DNA of 64,000 nucleotides. It comes from Escherichia coli. Its GTDB lineage: Bacteria > Pseudomonadota > Gammaproteobacteria > Enterobacterales > Enterobacteriaceae. The position numbers and the translations under genes were made by a program. The notes under the pieces are model-generated. The model saw only the letters and a list, made by a program, of their open reading frames with translations, was not told the origin of the DNA and made no database searches. Of the stretch, positions 25,443 through 39,385 are shown piece after piece; within the stretch, counting starts at the first letter, position 1, and each line of letters begins with the position of its first letter. The stretch lies in assembly GCF_003334785.1 (NCBI RefSeq), contig NZ_QOWV01000001.1. One strand, 5' to 3'.

Positions 25443-26363
25443 ATGCTTAATTACGTTATCAAACGCTTACTGGGGTTGATTCCGACGCTGTTTATCGTCT
25501 CGGTGCTGGTGTTTTTATTTGTCCATATGCTGCCCGGCGATCCGGCGCGATTGATTGCCGGGCCCGAAGCTGATGCGCAGGTTATAGAACTGGTGCGTCA
25601 GCAGCTGGGGTTGGATCAGCCGCTGTATCACCAGTTCTGGCACTATATCAGCAATGCTGTGCAGGGGGATTTTGGCCTGTCGATGGTGTCGCGTCGTCCG
25701 GTTGCCGATGAGATTGCCAGCCGCTTTATGCCAACGCTGTGGCTGACCATAACCAGTATGGTCTGGGCGGTTATATTTGGTATGGCGGCGGGAATTATCG
25801 CCGCCGTCTGGCGTAACCGTTGGCCGGATCGATTGAGTATGACCATTGCGGTGTCGGGGATCTCGTTTCCGGCATTTGCTCTGGGGATGCTTTTAATTCA
25901 GGTATTCTCCGTTGAACTGGGCTGGCTGCCTACCGTGGGAGCAGACAGTTGGCAGCACTACATTTTACCCTCCCTGACGCTCGGCGCGGCAGTGGCCGCC
26001 GTGATGGCGCGCTTTACCCGCGCGTCGTTTGTCGATGTTTTAAGCGAAGATTATATGCGTACCGCGAGGGCGAAAGGGGTGAGCGAAACCTGGGTTGTCC
26101 TCAAACACGGGCTACGTAACGCGATGATCCCGGTAGTGACCATGATGGGCTTACAGTTTGGCTTTTTGCTCGGTGGTTCCATCGTTGTGGAGAAAGTTTT
26201 CAACTGGCCGGGACTTGGACGCTTACTCGTTGACTCCGTAGAAATGCGTGATTACCCGGTGATTCAGGCGGAAATTCTGCTTTTCTCGCTGGAATTTATT
26301 CTTATCAACTTAGTGGTGGATGTGCTTTACGCCGCCATTAACCCGGCTATCAGGTACAAGTAA
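25443..26363 (+). CDS. gsiC: Glutathione ABC transporter permease
   Basis: 306-aa DppB/OppB-like permease. Confidence 0.9.
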
Positions 26364-26365
26364 GG

Positions 26366-27277
26366 ATGCGACTATTTAACTGGCGACGTCAGGCGGTGTT
26401 AAACGCCATGCCACTGGTCAAACCTGACCAGGTACGTACACCGTGGCATGAATTCTGGCGACGATTTCGCCGTCAGCATATGGCGATGACCGCCGCATTA
26501 TTCGTTATTTTATTGATTGTGGTGGCCATTTTTGCACGCTGGATCGCTCCCTATGACGCCGAAAATTATTTTGATTATGACAATCTGAATAACGGACCTT
26601 CTTTGCAGCACTGGTTTGGCGTCGATTCACTGGGGCGTGACATTTTCAGCCGTGTCCTGGTTGGTGCGCAAATCTCGCTGGCGGCGGGCGTGTTTGCCGT
26701 GTTTATCGGTGCGGCGATCGGGACGTTGCTGGGCTTGCTCGCTGGATATTATGAAGGCTGGTGGGATCGGCTGATCATGCGCATTTGCGATGTGCTGTTT
26801 GCCTTCCCGGGTATTTTACTGGCGATCGCTGTTGTTGCGGTGTTGGGAAGCGGCATTGCTAACGTGATTATTGCAGTCGCCATTTTTTCCATCCCCGCGT
26901 TTGCCCGCCTGGTGCGCGGCAACACGCTGGTGTTGAAACAGCAAACCTTTATTGAGTCAGCACGCAGTATTGGTGCCAGCGATATGACCGTTTTGTTGCG
27001 TCATATCCTGCCTGGGACCGTCTCTTCTATCGTGGTGTTTTTCACCATGCGCATTGGTACCTCGATTATCTCTGCCGCCAGCCTCTCATTTCTCGGCCTC
27101 GGTGCGCAGCCGCCGACACCAGAGTGGGGAGCAATGCTCAATGAGGCTCGAGCGGATATGGTTATCGCGCCGCATGTCGCTGTTTTTCCGGCCCTGGCTA
27201 TTTTTCTGACCGTACTGGCGTTCAATTTGTTGGGCGATGGTTTACGCGATGCGCTGGATCCGAAAATTAAAGGATAG
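26366..27277 (+). CDS. gsiD: Glutathione ABC transporter permease
   Basis: 303-aa DppC/OppC-like permease. Confidence 0.9.
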
Positions 27278-27454
27278 TTACGTTTGAATATTGCTTGAAA
27301 GGGTAATCACCTCACAGGAAATTATTGCCCTAAGCAAGTGTTGTAACTTTCTGCTGATTTTGTAGAATCGGGTAATTTGGTTAAAAAGCCGCAGCAAGGG
27401 ACAATTTTTGCAGCGGCACAGCGTTCAGATAGTTATTTTGTTAAATGTATTAAC

Positions 27455-29803
27455 ATGCTGAGTTTATACGAAAAGATAAAGATAAGGCTGATAATTTTAT
27501 TTTTATTGGCAGCACTGTCATTTATTGGTCTTTTTTTCATCATTAACTATCAACTGGTATCGGAGCGCGCGGTAAAACGTGCCGATAGCCGCTTTGAACT
27601 TATTCAGAAAAACGTTGGCTATTTCTTTAAAGATATTGAACGTTCGGCCCTGACATTAAAGGACTCACTGTATTTATTAAAAAATACAGAGGAGATTCAA
27701 CGCGCCGTGATTCTTAAAATGGAAATGATGCCATTTTTAGACTCGGTGGGACTGGTACTTGATGATAATAAATATTATCTTTTTTCGCGGAGGGCGAATG
27801 ATAAAATCGTTGTTTATCATCAGGAACAAGTAAATGGACCGCTTGTCGACGAGTCAGGGCGGGTTATTTTTGCCGATTTTAACCCATCGAAACGACCGTG
27901 GTCGGTGGCTTCAGATGACTCTAACAACAGCTGGAATCCGGCATACAATTGCTTTGATCGTCCGGGTAAAAAATGTATCTCTTTTACGCTACACATCAAC
28001 GGCAAAGATCACGATTTGTTAGCGGTGGATAAAATTCATGTCGATTTAAACTGGCGATATCTGAACGAGTATCTTGATCAAATCAGCGCTAATGATGAAG
28101 TTCTATTTTTGAAACAAGGCCATGAGATCATTGCCAAGAATCAACTCGCTCGTGAAAAACTGATTATTTATAATAGCGAAGGTAATTATAATATTATTGA
28201 TTCTGTCGATACTGAATATATCGAAAAAACATCAGCGGTGCCAAACAACGCATTATTCGAAATCTATTTTTATTATCCTGGCGGTAATTTATTGAACGCA
28301 TCAGATAAACTTTTTTATCTGCCGTTTGCGTTCATTATTATCGTATTGCTGGTGGTTTATTTAATGACCACTCGTGTGTTCCGTCGGCAATTTTCTGAAA
28401 TGACAGAGCTGGTTAATACGCTGGCGTTTTTGCCTGACTCAACGGATCAAATCGAGGCTCTGAAAATTCGTGAAGGCGATGCGAAAGAGATTATCAGCAT
28501 CAAAAATTCGATCGCGGAAATGAAAGATGCCGAAATTGAACGGTCAAATAAATTGCTCTCACTGATCTCTTACGATCAGGAAAGTGGTTTTATTAAAAAT
28601 ATGGCGATTATTGAGTCTAACAATAATCAGTATCTGGCTGTGGGGATCATCAAACTGTGTGGTCTGGAAGCCGTGGAAGCGGTGTTTGGTGTTGATGAGC
28701 GCAATAAAATCGTCAGGAAATTGTGTCAGCGAATTGCCGAGAAATATGCGCAATGCTGCGATATCGTGACATTCAATGCCGATCTCTATTTACTTCTGTG
28801 TCGGGAAAATGTACAGACATTTACCCGTAAAATAGCGATGGTAAACGATTTTGACAGCAGCTTTGGCTACCGCAATCTGCGCATCCATAAGTCTGCCATT
28901 TGTGAACCTTTGCAGGGGGAAAACGCCTGGAGTTACGCAGAAAAACTGAAACTGGCGATTTCCAGTATCCGTGACCATATGTTCTCAGAGTTTATTTTCT
29001 GTGATGACGCGAAACTCAACGAAATAGAAGAGAATATCTGGATTGCGCGTAATATTCGCCATGCAATGGAAATTGGCGAACTATTCCTCGTCTATCAACC
29101 GATCGTTGATATTAACACCCGCGCCATTCTGGGCGCGGAGGCGTTGTGCCGTTGGGTGTCTGCGGAGCGGGGGATCATTTCACCGCTGAAGTTCATTACC
29201 ATTGCTGAAGATATCGGGTTTATCAATGAGCTGGGTTATCAGATTATTAAAACGGCAATGGGTGAATTCAGACATTTTAGTCAGCGTGCGTCGCTGAAGG
29301 ATGATTTCTTACTGCATATTAATGTTTCGCCCTGGCAGTTAAACGAACCACACTTTCATGAGCGTTTTACCACCATCATGAAAGAAAATGGCCTGAAGGC
29401 GAACAGCCTCTGTGTTGAGATCACTGAAACCGTGATCGAGCGAATTAATGAACATTTTTATCTCAATATTGAACAACTGCGTAAACAAGGGGTACGGATA
29501 TCGATTGATGACTTTGGCACCGGTTTGTCAAACCTGAAACGTTTTTATGAAATTAATCCAGACAGCATAAAGGTGGACTCGCAATTCACCGGCGATATTT
29601 TCGGTACTGCGGGAAAAATTGTGCGCATTATTTTCGACCTGGCACGCTATAACCGGATCCCGGTGATTGCGGAAGGCGTAGAGAGCGAAGACGTTGCGCG
29701 CGAATTAATCAAATTAGGATGTGTTCAGGCTCAGGGGTATCTGTACCAGAAACCCATGCCATTCTCCGCCTGGGATAAAAGTGGAAAATTAGTAAAAGAG
29801 TAG
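27455..29803 (+). CDS. pdeI: c-di-GMP phosphodiesterase with periplasmic sensor domain and EAL domain
   Basis: Start chosen at [12 protein letters not shown] (782 aa); C-terminal EAL-type region; AT-rich gene. Confidence 0.85.
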   Translation: MLSLYEKIKIRLIILFLLAALSFIGLFFIINYQLVSERAVKRADSRFELIQKNVGYFFKDIERSALTLKDSLYLLKNTEEIQRAVILKMEMMPFLDSVGLVLDDNKYYLFSRRANDKIVVYHQEQVNGPLVDESGRVIFADFNPSKRPWSVASDDSNNSWNPAYNCFDRPGKKCISFTLHINGKDHDLLAVDKIHVDLNWRYLNEYLDQISANDEVLFLKQGHEIIAKNQLAREKLIIYNSEGNYNIIDSVDTEYIEKTSAVPNNALFEIYFYYPGGNLLNASDKLFYLPFAFIIIVLLVVYLMTTRVFRRQFSEMTELVNTLAFLPDSTDQIEALKIREGDAKEIISIKNSIAEMKDAEIERSNKLLSLISYDQESGFIKNMAIIESNNNQYLAVGIIKLCGLEAVEAVFGVDERNKIVRKLCQRIAEKYAQCCDIVTFNADLYLLLCRENVQTFTRKIAMVNDFDSSFGYRNLRIHKSAICEPLQGENAWSYAEKLKLAISSIRDHMFSEFIFCDDAKLNEIEENIWIARNIRHAMEIGELFLVYQPIVDINTRAILGAEALCRWVSAERGIISPLKFITIAEDIGFINELGYQIIKTAMGEFRHFSQRASLKDDFLLHINVSPWQLNEPHFHERFTTIMKENGLKANSLCVEITETVIERINEHFYLNIEQLRKQGVRISIDDFGTGLSNLKRFYEINPDSIKVDSQFTGDIFGTAGKIVRIIFDLARYNRIPVIAEGVESEDVARELIKLGCVQAQGYLYQKPMPFSAWDKSGKLVKE

Positions 29804-29810
29804 TTTACGT

Positions 29811-31139
29811 ATGTCCAGAATCAATAAGTTCGTACTTACAGTCAGTCTGCTGATTTTTATCATGATTTCAGCAGTTGCCTGCGGGATCTACACTCAAATG
29901 GTAAAGGAACGGGTGTATAGCCTGAAACAGTCCGTTATTGATACTGCTTTTGCGGTGGCAAATATTGCTGAATATCGGCGTAGCGTGGCAATTGATCTTA
30001 TCAACACGCTAAATCCCACGGAGGAACAGCTGTTGGTTGGTTTGCGCACAGCTTACGCCGACTCGGTTTCCCCCTCTTATTTGTACGATGTCGGTCCTTA
30101 TCTGATTTCCAGTGACGAATGTATTCAGGTAAAGGAGTTCGAGAAAAATTATTGTGCAGATATTATGCAGGTTGTGAAGTATCGACATGTCAAAAATACA
30201 GGGTTTATCTCTTTTGACGGTAAAACCTTCGTCTATTACCTCTATCCGGTAACTCACAATCGTAGTCTGATATTTTTGCTTGGTCTGGAGCGTTTTTCTT
30301 TACTGTCAAAATCGCTGGCGATGGACAGCGAGAACCTGATGTTCTCTCTATTTAAGAACGGTAAACCGGTGACCGGTGATGAATATAATGCTAAAAACGC
30401 CATCTTCACCGTTTCGGAAGCGATGGAGCACTTCGCCTATTTGCCGACCGGATTGTATGTATTTGCGTATAAAAAAGATGTTTATTTGCGGGTTTGTACA
30501 TTGATTATTTTCTTTGCCGCATTGGTGGCAGTGATATCGGGTGCCAGTTGCCTCTATCTGGTACGCAGAGTGATTAATCGTGGTATTGTGGAGAAAGAAG
30601 CCATCATTAATAACCATTTTGAACGCGTACTGGATGGCGGGCTTTTCTTTTCGGCTGCCGATGTCAAAAAACTCTACAGTATGTATAACTCGGCGTTCCT
30701 GGACGACCTGACCAAAGCAATGGGCAGAAAATCCTTTGACGAAGATTTAAAAGCGCTGCCGGAAAAAGGCGGTTATTTGTGCCTGTTTGACGTCGATAAA
30801 TTCAAAAACATTAACGACACCTTCGGTCATTTGCTGGGCGATGAAGTGTTGATGAAAGTGGTGAAAATCCTTAAATCACAGATCCCGGTAGATAAAGGTA
30901 AAGTCTACCGCTTCGGCGGTGACGAATTTGCGGTGATTTATACGGGTGGAACGCTGGAAGAGTTGCTATCGATTCTAAAAGAAATCGTTCATTTCCAGGT
31001 GGGAAGCATTAATTTAAGTACCAGTATCGGTGTAGCACATTCAAATGAATGTCCTACCGTCGAACGCTTGAAAATGCTGGCGGATGAGCGGCTGTATAAG
31101 AGTAAGAAAAACGGCAGGGCACAGATTAGCTGGCAGTAA
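29811..31139 (+). CDS. dgcI: Diguanylate cyclase (GGDEF domain)
   Basis: 442-aa ORF with N-terminal membrane/periplasmic part and C-terminal RFGGDEF motif. Confidence 0.85.
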   Translation: MSRINKFVLTVSLLIFIMISAVACGIYTQMVKERVYSLKQSVIDTAFAVANIAEYRRSVAIDLINTLNPTEEQLLVGLRTAYADSVSPSYLYDVGPYLISSDECIQVKEFEKNYCADIMQVVKYRHVKNTGFISFDGKTFVYYLYPVTHNRSLIFLLGLERFSLLSKSLAMDSENLMFSLFKNGKPVTGDEYNAKNAIFTVSEAMEHFAYLPTGLYVFAYKKDVYLRVCTLIIFFAALVAVISGASCLYLVRRVINRGIVEKEAIINNHFERVLDGGLFFSAADVKKLYSMYNSAFLDDLTKAMGRKSFDEDLKALPEKGGYLCLFDVDKFKNINDTFGHLLGDEVLMKVVKILKSQIPVDKGKVYRFGGDEFAVIYTGGTLEELLSILKEIVHFQVGSINLSTSIGVAHSNECPTVERLKMLADERLYKSKKNGRAQISWQ

Positions 31140-31185
31140 TCATTATTCGCAGGCCGGACAAATGATTTTGCCCGGCCTGAATTAA

Positions 31186-32511
31186 TTAAACCCGGCTACC
31201 CCACAAATCGTACTCATCGGCGTGCTCGACTTTCACACGCAGGATATCACCCGGCTTAACGTTGGTTTCACCATTGAGATAAACCGCGCCGTCGATTTCC
31301 GGTGCATCTGCCATGCTGCGACCAATCGCGCCTTCTTCGTCCACTTCGTCGATAATCACCAGAATTTCACGGCCCACTTTCTCTTGCAGGCGCTCGGCGG
31401 AAATCTGCTGCTGCAGCTGCATGAAACGGTTCCAGCGTTCTTCTTTAACTTCTTCCGGAACCTGGTCAGGCAGGGCATTGGCGTCTGCACCTTCAACCGG
31501 GCTGTATTTAAAGCAGCCAACGCGATCCAGACGCGCTTCTTTCAGGAAGTCGAGTAGCATCTGGAAATCTTCTTCTGTCTCGCCAGGGAAGCCGACAATA
31601 AAGGTTGAGCGTAGGGTCAGTTCCGGGCAGATTTCGCGCCACTGTTTGATGCGCGCCAGTTGGCGATCTACAGAACCCGGACGCTTCATCAGTTTGAGAA
31701 TGCGCGGGCTGGCGTGCTGCAACGGAATGTCCAGATACGGCAGGATTTTGCCTTCTGCCATCAGTGGGATGACGTCGTCCACATGCGGATAAGGGTAAAC
31801 GTAGTGCAGACGTGTCCAGATCCCCAGTTTCGATAACTGTTCGCACAGGCTGACCATGCTGGTTTTTACCGGCTCGCCGTTGTGGAAGCCAGTACGATGT
31901 TTAACATCAACGCCATAGGCGGAAGTATCCTGCGAGATCACCAGAATCTCTTTAACGCCCGCATCTACCAGACGTTTCGCTTCACTTAACACTTCGCCAA
32001 TCGGACGGCTCACCAGGTCGCCGCGCATAGACGGAATAATGCAGAAGGTGCAGCGGTGATTACAGCCTTCAGAAATTTTCAGATAGGCATAATGACGCGG
32101 CGTCAGTTTCACACCTTGTTCTGGCACCAGGCTCAGGAATGGGTTGTGTTTCGGTTTTGGCACGTAGTGATGAACGTGCTCCAGAACCTGCTCATAGCTA
32201 TGAGGCCCGGTGATTTCCAGCACTTTCGGGTGGACTTCGCGGATCTGATCTTCTTTTGCCCCCAGACAACCGGTCACAATAACCTTGCCGTTTTCATTCA
32301 ACGCTTCACCAATGGCTTCCAGTGATTCTTGTACCGCGCTGTCAATAAAGCCGCAGGTGTTGACGATCACCATGTCCGCATCGTCATAGCTCGGTACCAC
32401 GTCATAACCTTCAGTGCGGAGTTCGGTGAGAATACGCTCTGAATCAACAAGGTTTTTCGGACAGCCAAGGGAAACAAAGCCGATTTTCGGCTGGGGAGTT
32501 ACTTTGCTCAT
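31186..32511 (-). CDS. rimO: Ribosomal protein S12 methylthiotransferase (radical SAM MTTase)
   Basis: 441-aa ORF with MTTase N-terminal Cys motif, radical-SAM cysteines (CNHRCTFC) and TRAM domain. Confidence 0.95.
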
Positions 32512-32723
32512 AGCTTAAAAAATATTCAGTTACAGGAAAGGTCAGGGCAGGGATTCTACAGAGTTCTGGATAAAATTTGTATCGCAATCTCATTCGCTGG
32601 CGGAGGCGAAGGAAATGTAAATTTTGTTAATTCGGCGTGAAGAATTGATCCTGGACAGCATTTTGCTCAAAAAATAGCCATACTATTTAATTGCAACAAG
32701 GCTGGGAAGAGGAGGATCGAAGT

Positions 32724-33107
32724 ATGTTCGTTGACAGACAGCGAATCGATCTGCTGAACCGGTTGATCGACGCACGCGTTGACCTCGCCGCATACGTGCA
32801 ACTGAGGAAGGCAAAAGGATACATGTCCGTCAGCGAAAGCAATCATCTACGAGATAACTTTTTTAAACTGAATCGCGAACTGCACGATAAATCGCTGCGG
32901 TTGAATCTTCATCTGGATCAGGAAGAGTGGAGTGCTCTTCATCATGCTGAAGAAGCATTAGCGACAGCCGCAGTATGTTTGATGAGTGGGCACCATGATT
33001 GCCCGACTGTTATTACCGTCAACGCCGATAAGCTTGAAAATTGTCTGATGAGCTTAACGCTGAGTATCCAGAGCCTGCAGAAGCACGCCATGCTTGAGAA
33101 GGCCTGA
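32724..33107 (+). CDS. bssR: Biofilm regulator BssR
   Basis: 127-aa product starting MFVDRQRIDLLNRLIDARVDL. Confidence 0.85.
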   Translation: MFVDRQRIDLLNRLIDARVDLAAYVQLRKAKGYMSVSESNHLRDNFFKLNRELHDKSLRLNLHLDQEEWSALHHAEEALATAAVCLMSGHHDCPTVITVNADKLENCLMSLTLSIQSLQKHAMLEKA

Positions 33108-33217
33108 AAACTAAGGGGGAGAAAGCGTCTCCCCCTTCATGTTTAAGTTTTTGTAAAAATGAATTTGTTATCTCCTCCACTGACTACGCTTTAAGCCAGA
33201 GTCAATCCGGAGGCGTT

Positions 33218-34333
33218 ATGCATCGACAATCCTTTTTCCTTGTGCCCCTTATTTGTCTTTCTTCCGCTCTCTGGGCGGCTCCTGCAACGGTAAATGTCGA
33301 AGTACTGCAAGACAAACTCGACCATCCCTGGGCACTGGCCTTTTTACCCGATAATCACGGTATGTTAATCACTCTGCGCGGCGGCGAGTTGCGTCACTGG
33401 CAAGCAGGAAAAGGATTATCTGCGCCGCTTTCCGGAGTTCCGGACGTTTGGGCGCACGGGCAGGGCGGCCTGCTGGACGTGGTTTTAGCGCCTGATTTTG
33501 CTCAGTCTCGCCGCATCTGGTTAAGTTATTCCGAAGTTGGCGATGATGGCAAAGCCGGAACTGCTGTGGGTTATGGCCGCTTAAGTGATGATCTCTCAAA
33601 AGTGACCGACTTCCGCACCGTCTTTCGCCAGATGCCAAAACTGTCTACCGGCAACCATTTTGGCGGGCGGCTGGTATTCGACGGTAAAGGTTATCTTTTT
33701 ATTGCTCTGGGCGAAAACAATCAGCGCCCGACGGCGCAGGATCTGGATAAATTACAGGGCAAACTGGTGCGTCTGACCGACCAGGGCGAAATCCCGGATG
33801 ATAATCCTTTTATAAAGGAATCCGGTGCGCGCGCCGAGATCTGGTCTTATGGCATTCGTAATCCGCAAGGAATGGCGATGAATCCGTGGAGTAATGCACT
33901 GTGGCTGAATGAACATGGCCCGCGCGGTGGTGATGAAATTAATATCCCGCAAAAAGGCAAAAACTACGGCTGGCCGCTGGCAACCTGGGGAATCAACTAT
34001 TCAGGCTTTAAGATACCGGAAGCGAAAGGGGAGATCGTCGCCGGGACCGAGCAACCTGTTTTTTACTGGAAAGATTCGCCCGCTGTGAGCGGCATGGCCT
34101 TCTATAACAGCGATAAATTCCCCCAGTGGCAGCAAAAATTATTTATTGGCGCGCTGAAAGATAAAGATGTCATTGTGATGAGCGTCAACGGCGACAAAGT
34201 GACAGAAGATGGCCGTATTTTAACGGACAGAGGGCAGCGAATTCGTGATGTTCGCACTGGACCCGACGGTTATTTATACGTTCTCACCGACGAGTCCAGT
34301 GGGGAATTACTTAAAGTTAGCCCACGCAATTAG
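33218..34333 (+). CDS. yliI: Soluble aldose sugar dehydrogenase (PQQ-dependent beta-propeller)
   Basis: 371-aa ORF with signal peptide; synteny with K-12 yliI. Confidence 0.88.
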
Positions 34334-34956
34334 CTAACGGGAATCATCACCACTTTGCGCACTGCGGGGCGTTCAGTGAGTTGCTGATACCAGCGTTGCA
34401 GATTTGGACGCGGTGTCCAGGTCAGGCCAACGTTAAACAAATTGTAGATGAACGGTGCGATAGCGATATCGCCCACACCAAACTCGTCGCCAGAGAACCA
34501 TTTTACTTTTGCCAGTTCCGCATCGAGCAGGGCAAACAGGGCGTCGCACTCTTTGCAACTGGCATCAATGGCGGCCTGATCGCGCTCTTCCGGTGGTGTT
34601 CTGACTAATCCCATCAGGATCCCGCGATGAGCATTACTGAGCGTCTGGTTTGCCCAGTCCATCCATTTTTCCGCTTCCGCACGACGTGCCGGTGAGTCGA
34701 TCCACAGGCGTTTTTGCCCGTACTGTGCCGCCAGATAGCGGACAATGGCGTTTGATTCCCAAAGAATGAGATCACTTTCGTCGTCACGCAACAACGGCAC
34801 CAGCCCGTTAGGGTTCATCGCCAGAAAATCAGCATCGTGATTTATCCCAAACTCACGGCCCGCGAGAATTTGCTCATAAGGTAGTTCCAGTTCTTCGAGC
34901 GTCAGCAATACTTTTTTTACGTTAGTTGAATTATTCCGACCCCACAGCGTAATCAT
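34330..34956 (-). CDS. gstB: Glutathione S-transferase
   Basis: 208-aa product starting [16 protein letters not shown]; GST N/C domains. Confidence 0.9.
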
Positions 34957-35202
34957 ACTCACCCCTTTTCCGACAGGCAGCCACAGGCTGAACAGGACTC
35001 CGATGGTGAAGTAAAGTTAACTTTTAAGCAACAGCTGGCAAAAAAATGACACCAGAAGCAGCGAAGCGGCAGGATATTGCATAAACTTTAAAAACTTTAC
35101 CAACTTACGGTTTCTTTAAGTTTGTGTGTGCGTTATTAATCACCAAACTTATCATACGGCGATATAACGTATTTTTTTTGAATGGATACTCGGGTGGCAT
35201 TT

Positions 35203-36405
35203 ATGACGCAATACTCCTCTCTCCTTCGTGGTCTTGCAGCGGGTTCTGCATTTTTATTCCTTTTTGCCCCAACGGCATTCGCGGCGGAACAAACCGTTGA
35301 AGCGCCGAGCGTGGATGCGCGTGCATGGATTTTAATGGATTACGCCAGCGGTAAAGTGCTGGCAGAAGGCAATGCGGATGAGAAACTGGATCCCGCGAGC
35401 CTGACTAAAATCATGACCAGCTATGTGGTTGGGCAGGCGCTTAAGGCCGATAAGATTAAACTCACCGATATGGTGACGGTCGGTAAAGATGCCTGGGCGA
35501 CGGGAAATCCGGCACTGCGTGGTTCATCGGTAATGTTCCTCAAACCGGGCGATCAGGTTTCGGTGGCAGACTTGAACAAAGGTGTGATTATCCAGTCCGG
35601 TAATGACGCCTGTATTGCGCTGGCTGATTACGTTGCCGGGAGCCAGGAGTCATTTATTGGTCTGATGAATGGTTATGCCAAAAAACTGGGTCTGACCAAC
35701 ACTACCTTCCAGACGGTGCACGGCCTGGATGCGCCGGGGCAGTTCAGCACCGCGCGCGATATGGCATTGCTGGGTAAAGCATTGATCCACGATGTGCCGG
35801 AAGAGTACGCCATTCATAAAGAGAAAGAGTTCACCTTCAACAAAATTCGTCAGCCTAACCGTAACCGTCTGCTGTGGAGCAGCAATCTGAATGTTGATGG
35901 CATGAAGACAGGAACCACGGCAGGCGCGGGATATAATCTGGTTGCTTCGGCTACCCAGGGCGATATGCGTTTAATCTCCGTAGTGTTGGGGGCGAAAACC
36001 GACCGTATCCGTTTTAATGAGTCTGAGAAATTATTGACCTGGGGTTTCCGCTTCTTTGAAACCGTGACGCCAATTAAACCTGATGCCACCTTTGTGACTC
36101 AGCGCGTCTGGTTTGGTGATAAGAGCGAAGTGAATCTCGGGGCAGGTGAAGCGGGCTCAGTGACCATACCGCGTGGGCAGCTGAAAAACCTGAAAGCGAG
36201 TTATACGTTAACGGAACCGCAGCTTACCGCACCGCTGAAAAAAGGTCAGGTTGTCGGGACCATTGATTTCCAGCTTAACGGTAAATCCATTGAGCAGCGT
36301 CCGCTGATCGTGATGGAAAATGTGGAAGAGGGCGGATTCTTTGGTCGGGTGTGGGATTTCGTGATGATGAAATTCCATCAGTGGTTCGGCAGCTGGTTCT
36401 CTTAA
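35203..36405 (+). CDS. dacC: D-alanyl-D-alanine carboxypeptidase (PBP6)
   Basis: 400-aa product with signal peptide, SxxK (SLTK) and SGN motifs. Confidence 0.92.
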   Translation: MTQYSSLLRGLAAGSAFLFLFAPTAFAAEQTVEAPSVDARAWILMDYASGKVLAEGNADEKLDPASLTKIMTSYVVGQALKADKIKLTDMVTVGKDAWATGNPALRGSSVMFLKPGDQVSVADLNKGVIIQSGNDACIALADYVAGSQESFIGLMNGYAKKLGLTNTTFQTVHGLDAPGQFSTARDMALLGKALIHDVPEEYAIHKEKEFTFNKIRQPNRNRLLWSSNLNVDGMKTGTTAGAGYNLVASATQGDMRLISVVLGAKTDRIRFNESEKLLTWGFRFFETVTPIKPDATFVTQRVWFGDKSEVNLGAGEAGSVTIPRGQLKNLKASYTLTEPQLTAPLKKGQVVGTIDFQLNGKSIEQRPLIVMENVEEGGFFGRVWDFVMMKFHQWFGSWFS

Positions 36406-36410
36406 TCTTC

Positions 36411-36446
36411 TGATAACCGGATGGCGCGAAACGTCATCCGGTTATA
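36411..36446. terminator. Bidirectional terminator between dacC and deoR
   Basis: 11-bp perfect inverted repeat ATAACCGGATG / CATCCGGTTAT with an 11-nt loop. Confidence 0.65.
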
Positions 36447-36451
36447 CGTCA

Positions 36452-37210
36452 TTAATACATCAACTTAATGCGCTGCGTCTGCGCGTACTTCACATACTCA
36501 TCTTCCGGGCAACAATCGCTCACCACAATATCAAAGCGTTTCAGGTCACCCATGCGCGCCGGACGCACCTTGCCAAATTTACTGTGGTCGACAACCAGCA
36601 CATGCTTTTGCGCCATCGACATGGCCCAGTGTTTTACCGGCAACTCTTCAAGATTAAAACAGGTAGCGCCTTTACTGACATGCACGCCCGCCGCAGAATA
36701 AAAAGCGATATCCGGGCAAAAATTATTCAGCGTTTGCTGAAAATCGATGGGTTTGAAAATGGCGTTGCTGGCGTGAAATTCACCACCGCAAAGAAACGCG
36801 CGGCAATGGGGTTTCTCTTTCAGCGCCAGAAAGGTATTTAGCGAATAACAAACGGCGGTAAAAGGGATTTCATTATCAATCGCTTCAATAATCCACGGCG
36901 TGGTGGTGCCACAGTCAAAAAAGAGGGTCTGATCGGGTTCTACCAGCGTCGCAGCCAGTTTTGCCGCCCGGCGTTTTTCTTCCACCAGGCGGGATTTTTG
37001 ATCGCTTAACAGGTAATGGCTGGCACTGCGCGGTTCCAGAACAATATAGCCGCCGAGCAAAACGACGGGCGCACTGTGGTTGTTCAGATCGCGACGAATC
37101 GTCATCTCCGAAACCCCAAGCAGGGCGGCGGCGTCTTTAAGATGTAACTTATCGCTGCGTTTTAATTCTTGCAGCAGCTGCCCGATACGCTCTTCGCGAC
37201 GTGTTTCCAT
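36452..37210 (-). CDS. deoR: Deoxyribose operon repressor, DeoR family
   Basis: 252-aa ORF with N-terminal HTH and DeoR C-terminal sugar-phosphate-binding domain. Confidence 0.95.
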   Translation of the reverse strand: METRREERIGQLLQELKRSDKLHLKDAAALLGVSEMTIRRDLNNHSAPVVLLGGYIVLEPRSASHYLLSDQKSRLVEEKRRAAKLAATLVEPDQTLFFDCGTTTPWIIEAIDNEIPFTAVCYSLNTFLALKEKPHCRAFLCGGEFHASNAIFKPIDFQQTLNNFCPDIAFYSAAGVHVSKGATCFNLEELPVKHWAMSMAQKHVLVVDHSKFGKVRPARMGDLKRFDIVVSDCCPEDEYVKYAQTQRIKLMY

Positions 37211-37267
37211 AATCCCTCTGAATAGTTATTGAAGCGAGCCGCTCAATACTACACTTTTTAGCAGAGA

Positions 37268-37864
37268 TCAGTCACGCACCCAGCCTTTGCGGATCGGTAA
37301 TGCAAAACAGACGCGATACCACGATTGCAGACGTTGATAGAGTTTATGCCCCATCGCTTGCCAGATAATCTGGGCACTAAGGCAGCCAATCATACCTGCC
37401 AGCAATCCACCGAGCATATCCAGCGGCCAGTGGACGCCAAGATAAACGCGCGACCAGGCAATGACGACGGCCAGCACCATTAAAAGTGAGCCGGACCACA
37501 GGCGATGCCAGCATAAAAATGCCAGTGCAAAGGTGAAAATCACCGTACCGTGATCGCTTGGGAATGAGTCATCCGCCGCATGATGCAGGAAGTTATAGCC
37601 GATATTTTCGACAAAGGGTCGGTCGTGCGGAAAAAGATGTCCCATCGTCCAGGACACAAACAGGCTGACCGCCAGCGCGATAGCGATTTTTATCACCAGT
37701 TGCCGTTGTGCTGTAAGCCCCCACAACCAAAGTACCACGGCCAGCAACGGCACCACGGTAATCAAATCTTTAGCAATAAAAATCGCCAACGAGATCATCC
37801 ACGGAGCCGAGTCTGGCGTCGCGTTAATAAGAGAGAATAGAGAGAGATTCAAATTTTCCAGCAT
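37268..37864 (-). CDS. ybjG: Undecaprenyl-diphosphate phosphatase, PAP2 family
   Basis: 198-aa membrane product starting MLENLNLSLFSL. Confidence 0.85.
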   Translation of the reverse strand: MLENLNLSLFSLINATPDSAPWMISLAIFIAKDLITVVPLLAVVLWLWGLTAQRQLVIKIAIALAVSLFVSWTMGHLFPHDRPFVENIGYNFLHHAADDSFPSDHGTVIFTFALAFLCWHRLWSGSLLMVLAVVIAWSRVYLGVHWPLDMLGGLLAGMIGCLSAQIIWQAMGHKLYQRLQSWYRVCFALPIRKGWVRD

Positions 37865-38148
37865 AACTTCCCGACGCAAAGTGATTAAAAGGGAGCCAAT
37901 ACAGGCAAGTCGTTGAGAATAAAGTGCAGGTTAAACTGGGTAAAGCGGCATCGTCTTATTTCCCTCAAGCGGCCTGTTTACGGTGGGTGATTGTAACGGG
38001 CATAGGTTAAATAAAACTTAAAGAAAGCGTAGCTATACTCGTAATAATGTAAGAATGTGCTTAACCGTGGTTTCAGCTACAAAATTCGCTTTCTCGTTAG
38101 CTGCGCTTTTATTAAACTCTGCGCGATTATTATTGGCGAAGAAATTGC

Positions 38149-39381
38149 ATGCAAAATAAATTAGCTTCCGGTGCCAGGCTTGGACGTCAGGCGTTACTTT
38201 TCCCTCTCTGTCTGGTGCTTTACGAATTTTCAACCTATATCGGCAACGATATGATTCAACCCGGTATGTTGGCCGTGGTGGAACAATATCAGGCGGGCAT
38301 TGATTGGGTTCCTACTTCGATGACCGCGTATCTGGCGGGCGGGATGTTTTTACAATGGCTGCTGGGGCCGCTGTCGGATCGTATTGGTCGCCGTCCGGTG
38401 ATGCTGGCGGGAGTGGTGTGGTTTATCGTCACCTGTCTGGCAATATTGCTGGCGCAAAACATTGAACAATTCACCCTGTTGCGCTTCTTGCAGGGCATAA
38501 GCCTCTGTTTCATTGGCGCTGTGGGATACGCCGCAATTCAGGAATCCTTCGAAGAGGCGGTTTGTATCAAGATCACCGCGCTGATGGCGAACGTGGCGCT
38601 GATTGCTCCGCTACTTGGTCCGCTGGTGGGCGCGGCGTGGATCCATGTGCTGCCCTGGGAGGGGATGTTTGTTTTGTTTGCCGCATTGGCAGCGATCTCC
38701 TTTTTCGGTCTGCAACGAGCCATGCCTGAAACCGCCACGCGTATAGGCGAGAAACTGTCACTGAAAGAACTCGGTCGTGACTATAAGCTGGTGCTGAAGA
38801 ACGGCCGCTTTGTGGCGGGGGCGCTGGCGCTGGGATTCGTTAGTCTGCCGTTGCTGGCGTGGATCGCCCAGTCGCCGATTATCATCATTACCGGCGAGCA
38901 GTTGAGCAGCTATGAATATGGCTTGCTGCAAGTGCCTATTTTCGGGGCGTTAATTGCGGGTAACTTGCTGTTAGCGCGTCTGACCTCGCGCCGCACCGTA
39001 CGTTCGCTGATTATTATGGGCGGCTGGCCGATTATGATTGGTCTATTGGTCGCTGCTGCGGCAACGGTTATCTCATCGCACGCGTATTTATGGATGACTG
39101 CCGGGTTAAGTATTTATGCTTTCGGTATTGGTCTGGCGAATGCGGGACTGGTGCGATTAACCCTGTTTGCCAGCGATATGAGTAAAGGTACGGTTTCTGC
39201 CGCGATGGGAATGCTGCAAATGCTGATCTTTACCGTTGGTATTGAAATCAGCAAACATGCCTGGCTGAACGGGGGCAACGGACTGTTTAATCTCTTCAAC
39301 CTTGTCAACGGAATTTTGTGGCTGTCGCTGATGGTTATCTTTTTAAAAGATAAACAGATGGGAAATTCTCACGAAGGGTAA
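38149..39381 (+). CDS. mdfA: Multidrug efflux MFS transporter
   Basis: 410-aa 12-TM MFS ORF; synteny with K-12 mdfA/cmr. Confidence 0.95.
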
Positions 39382-39385
39382 AAAA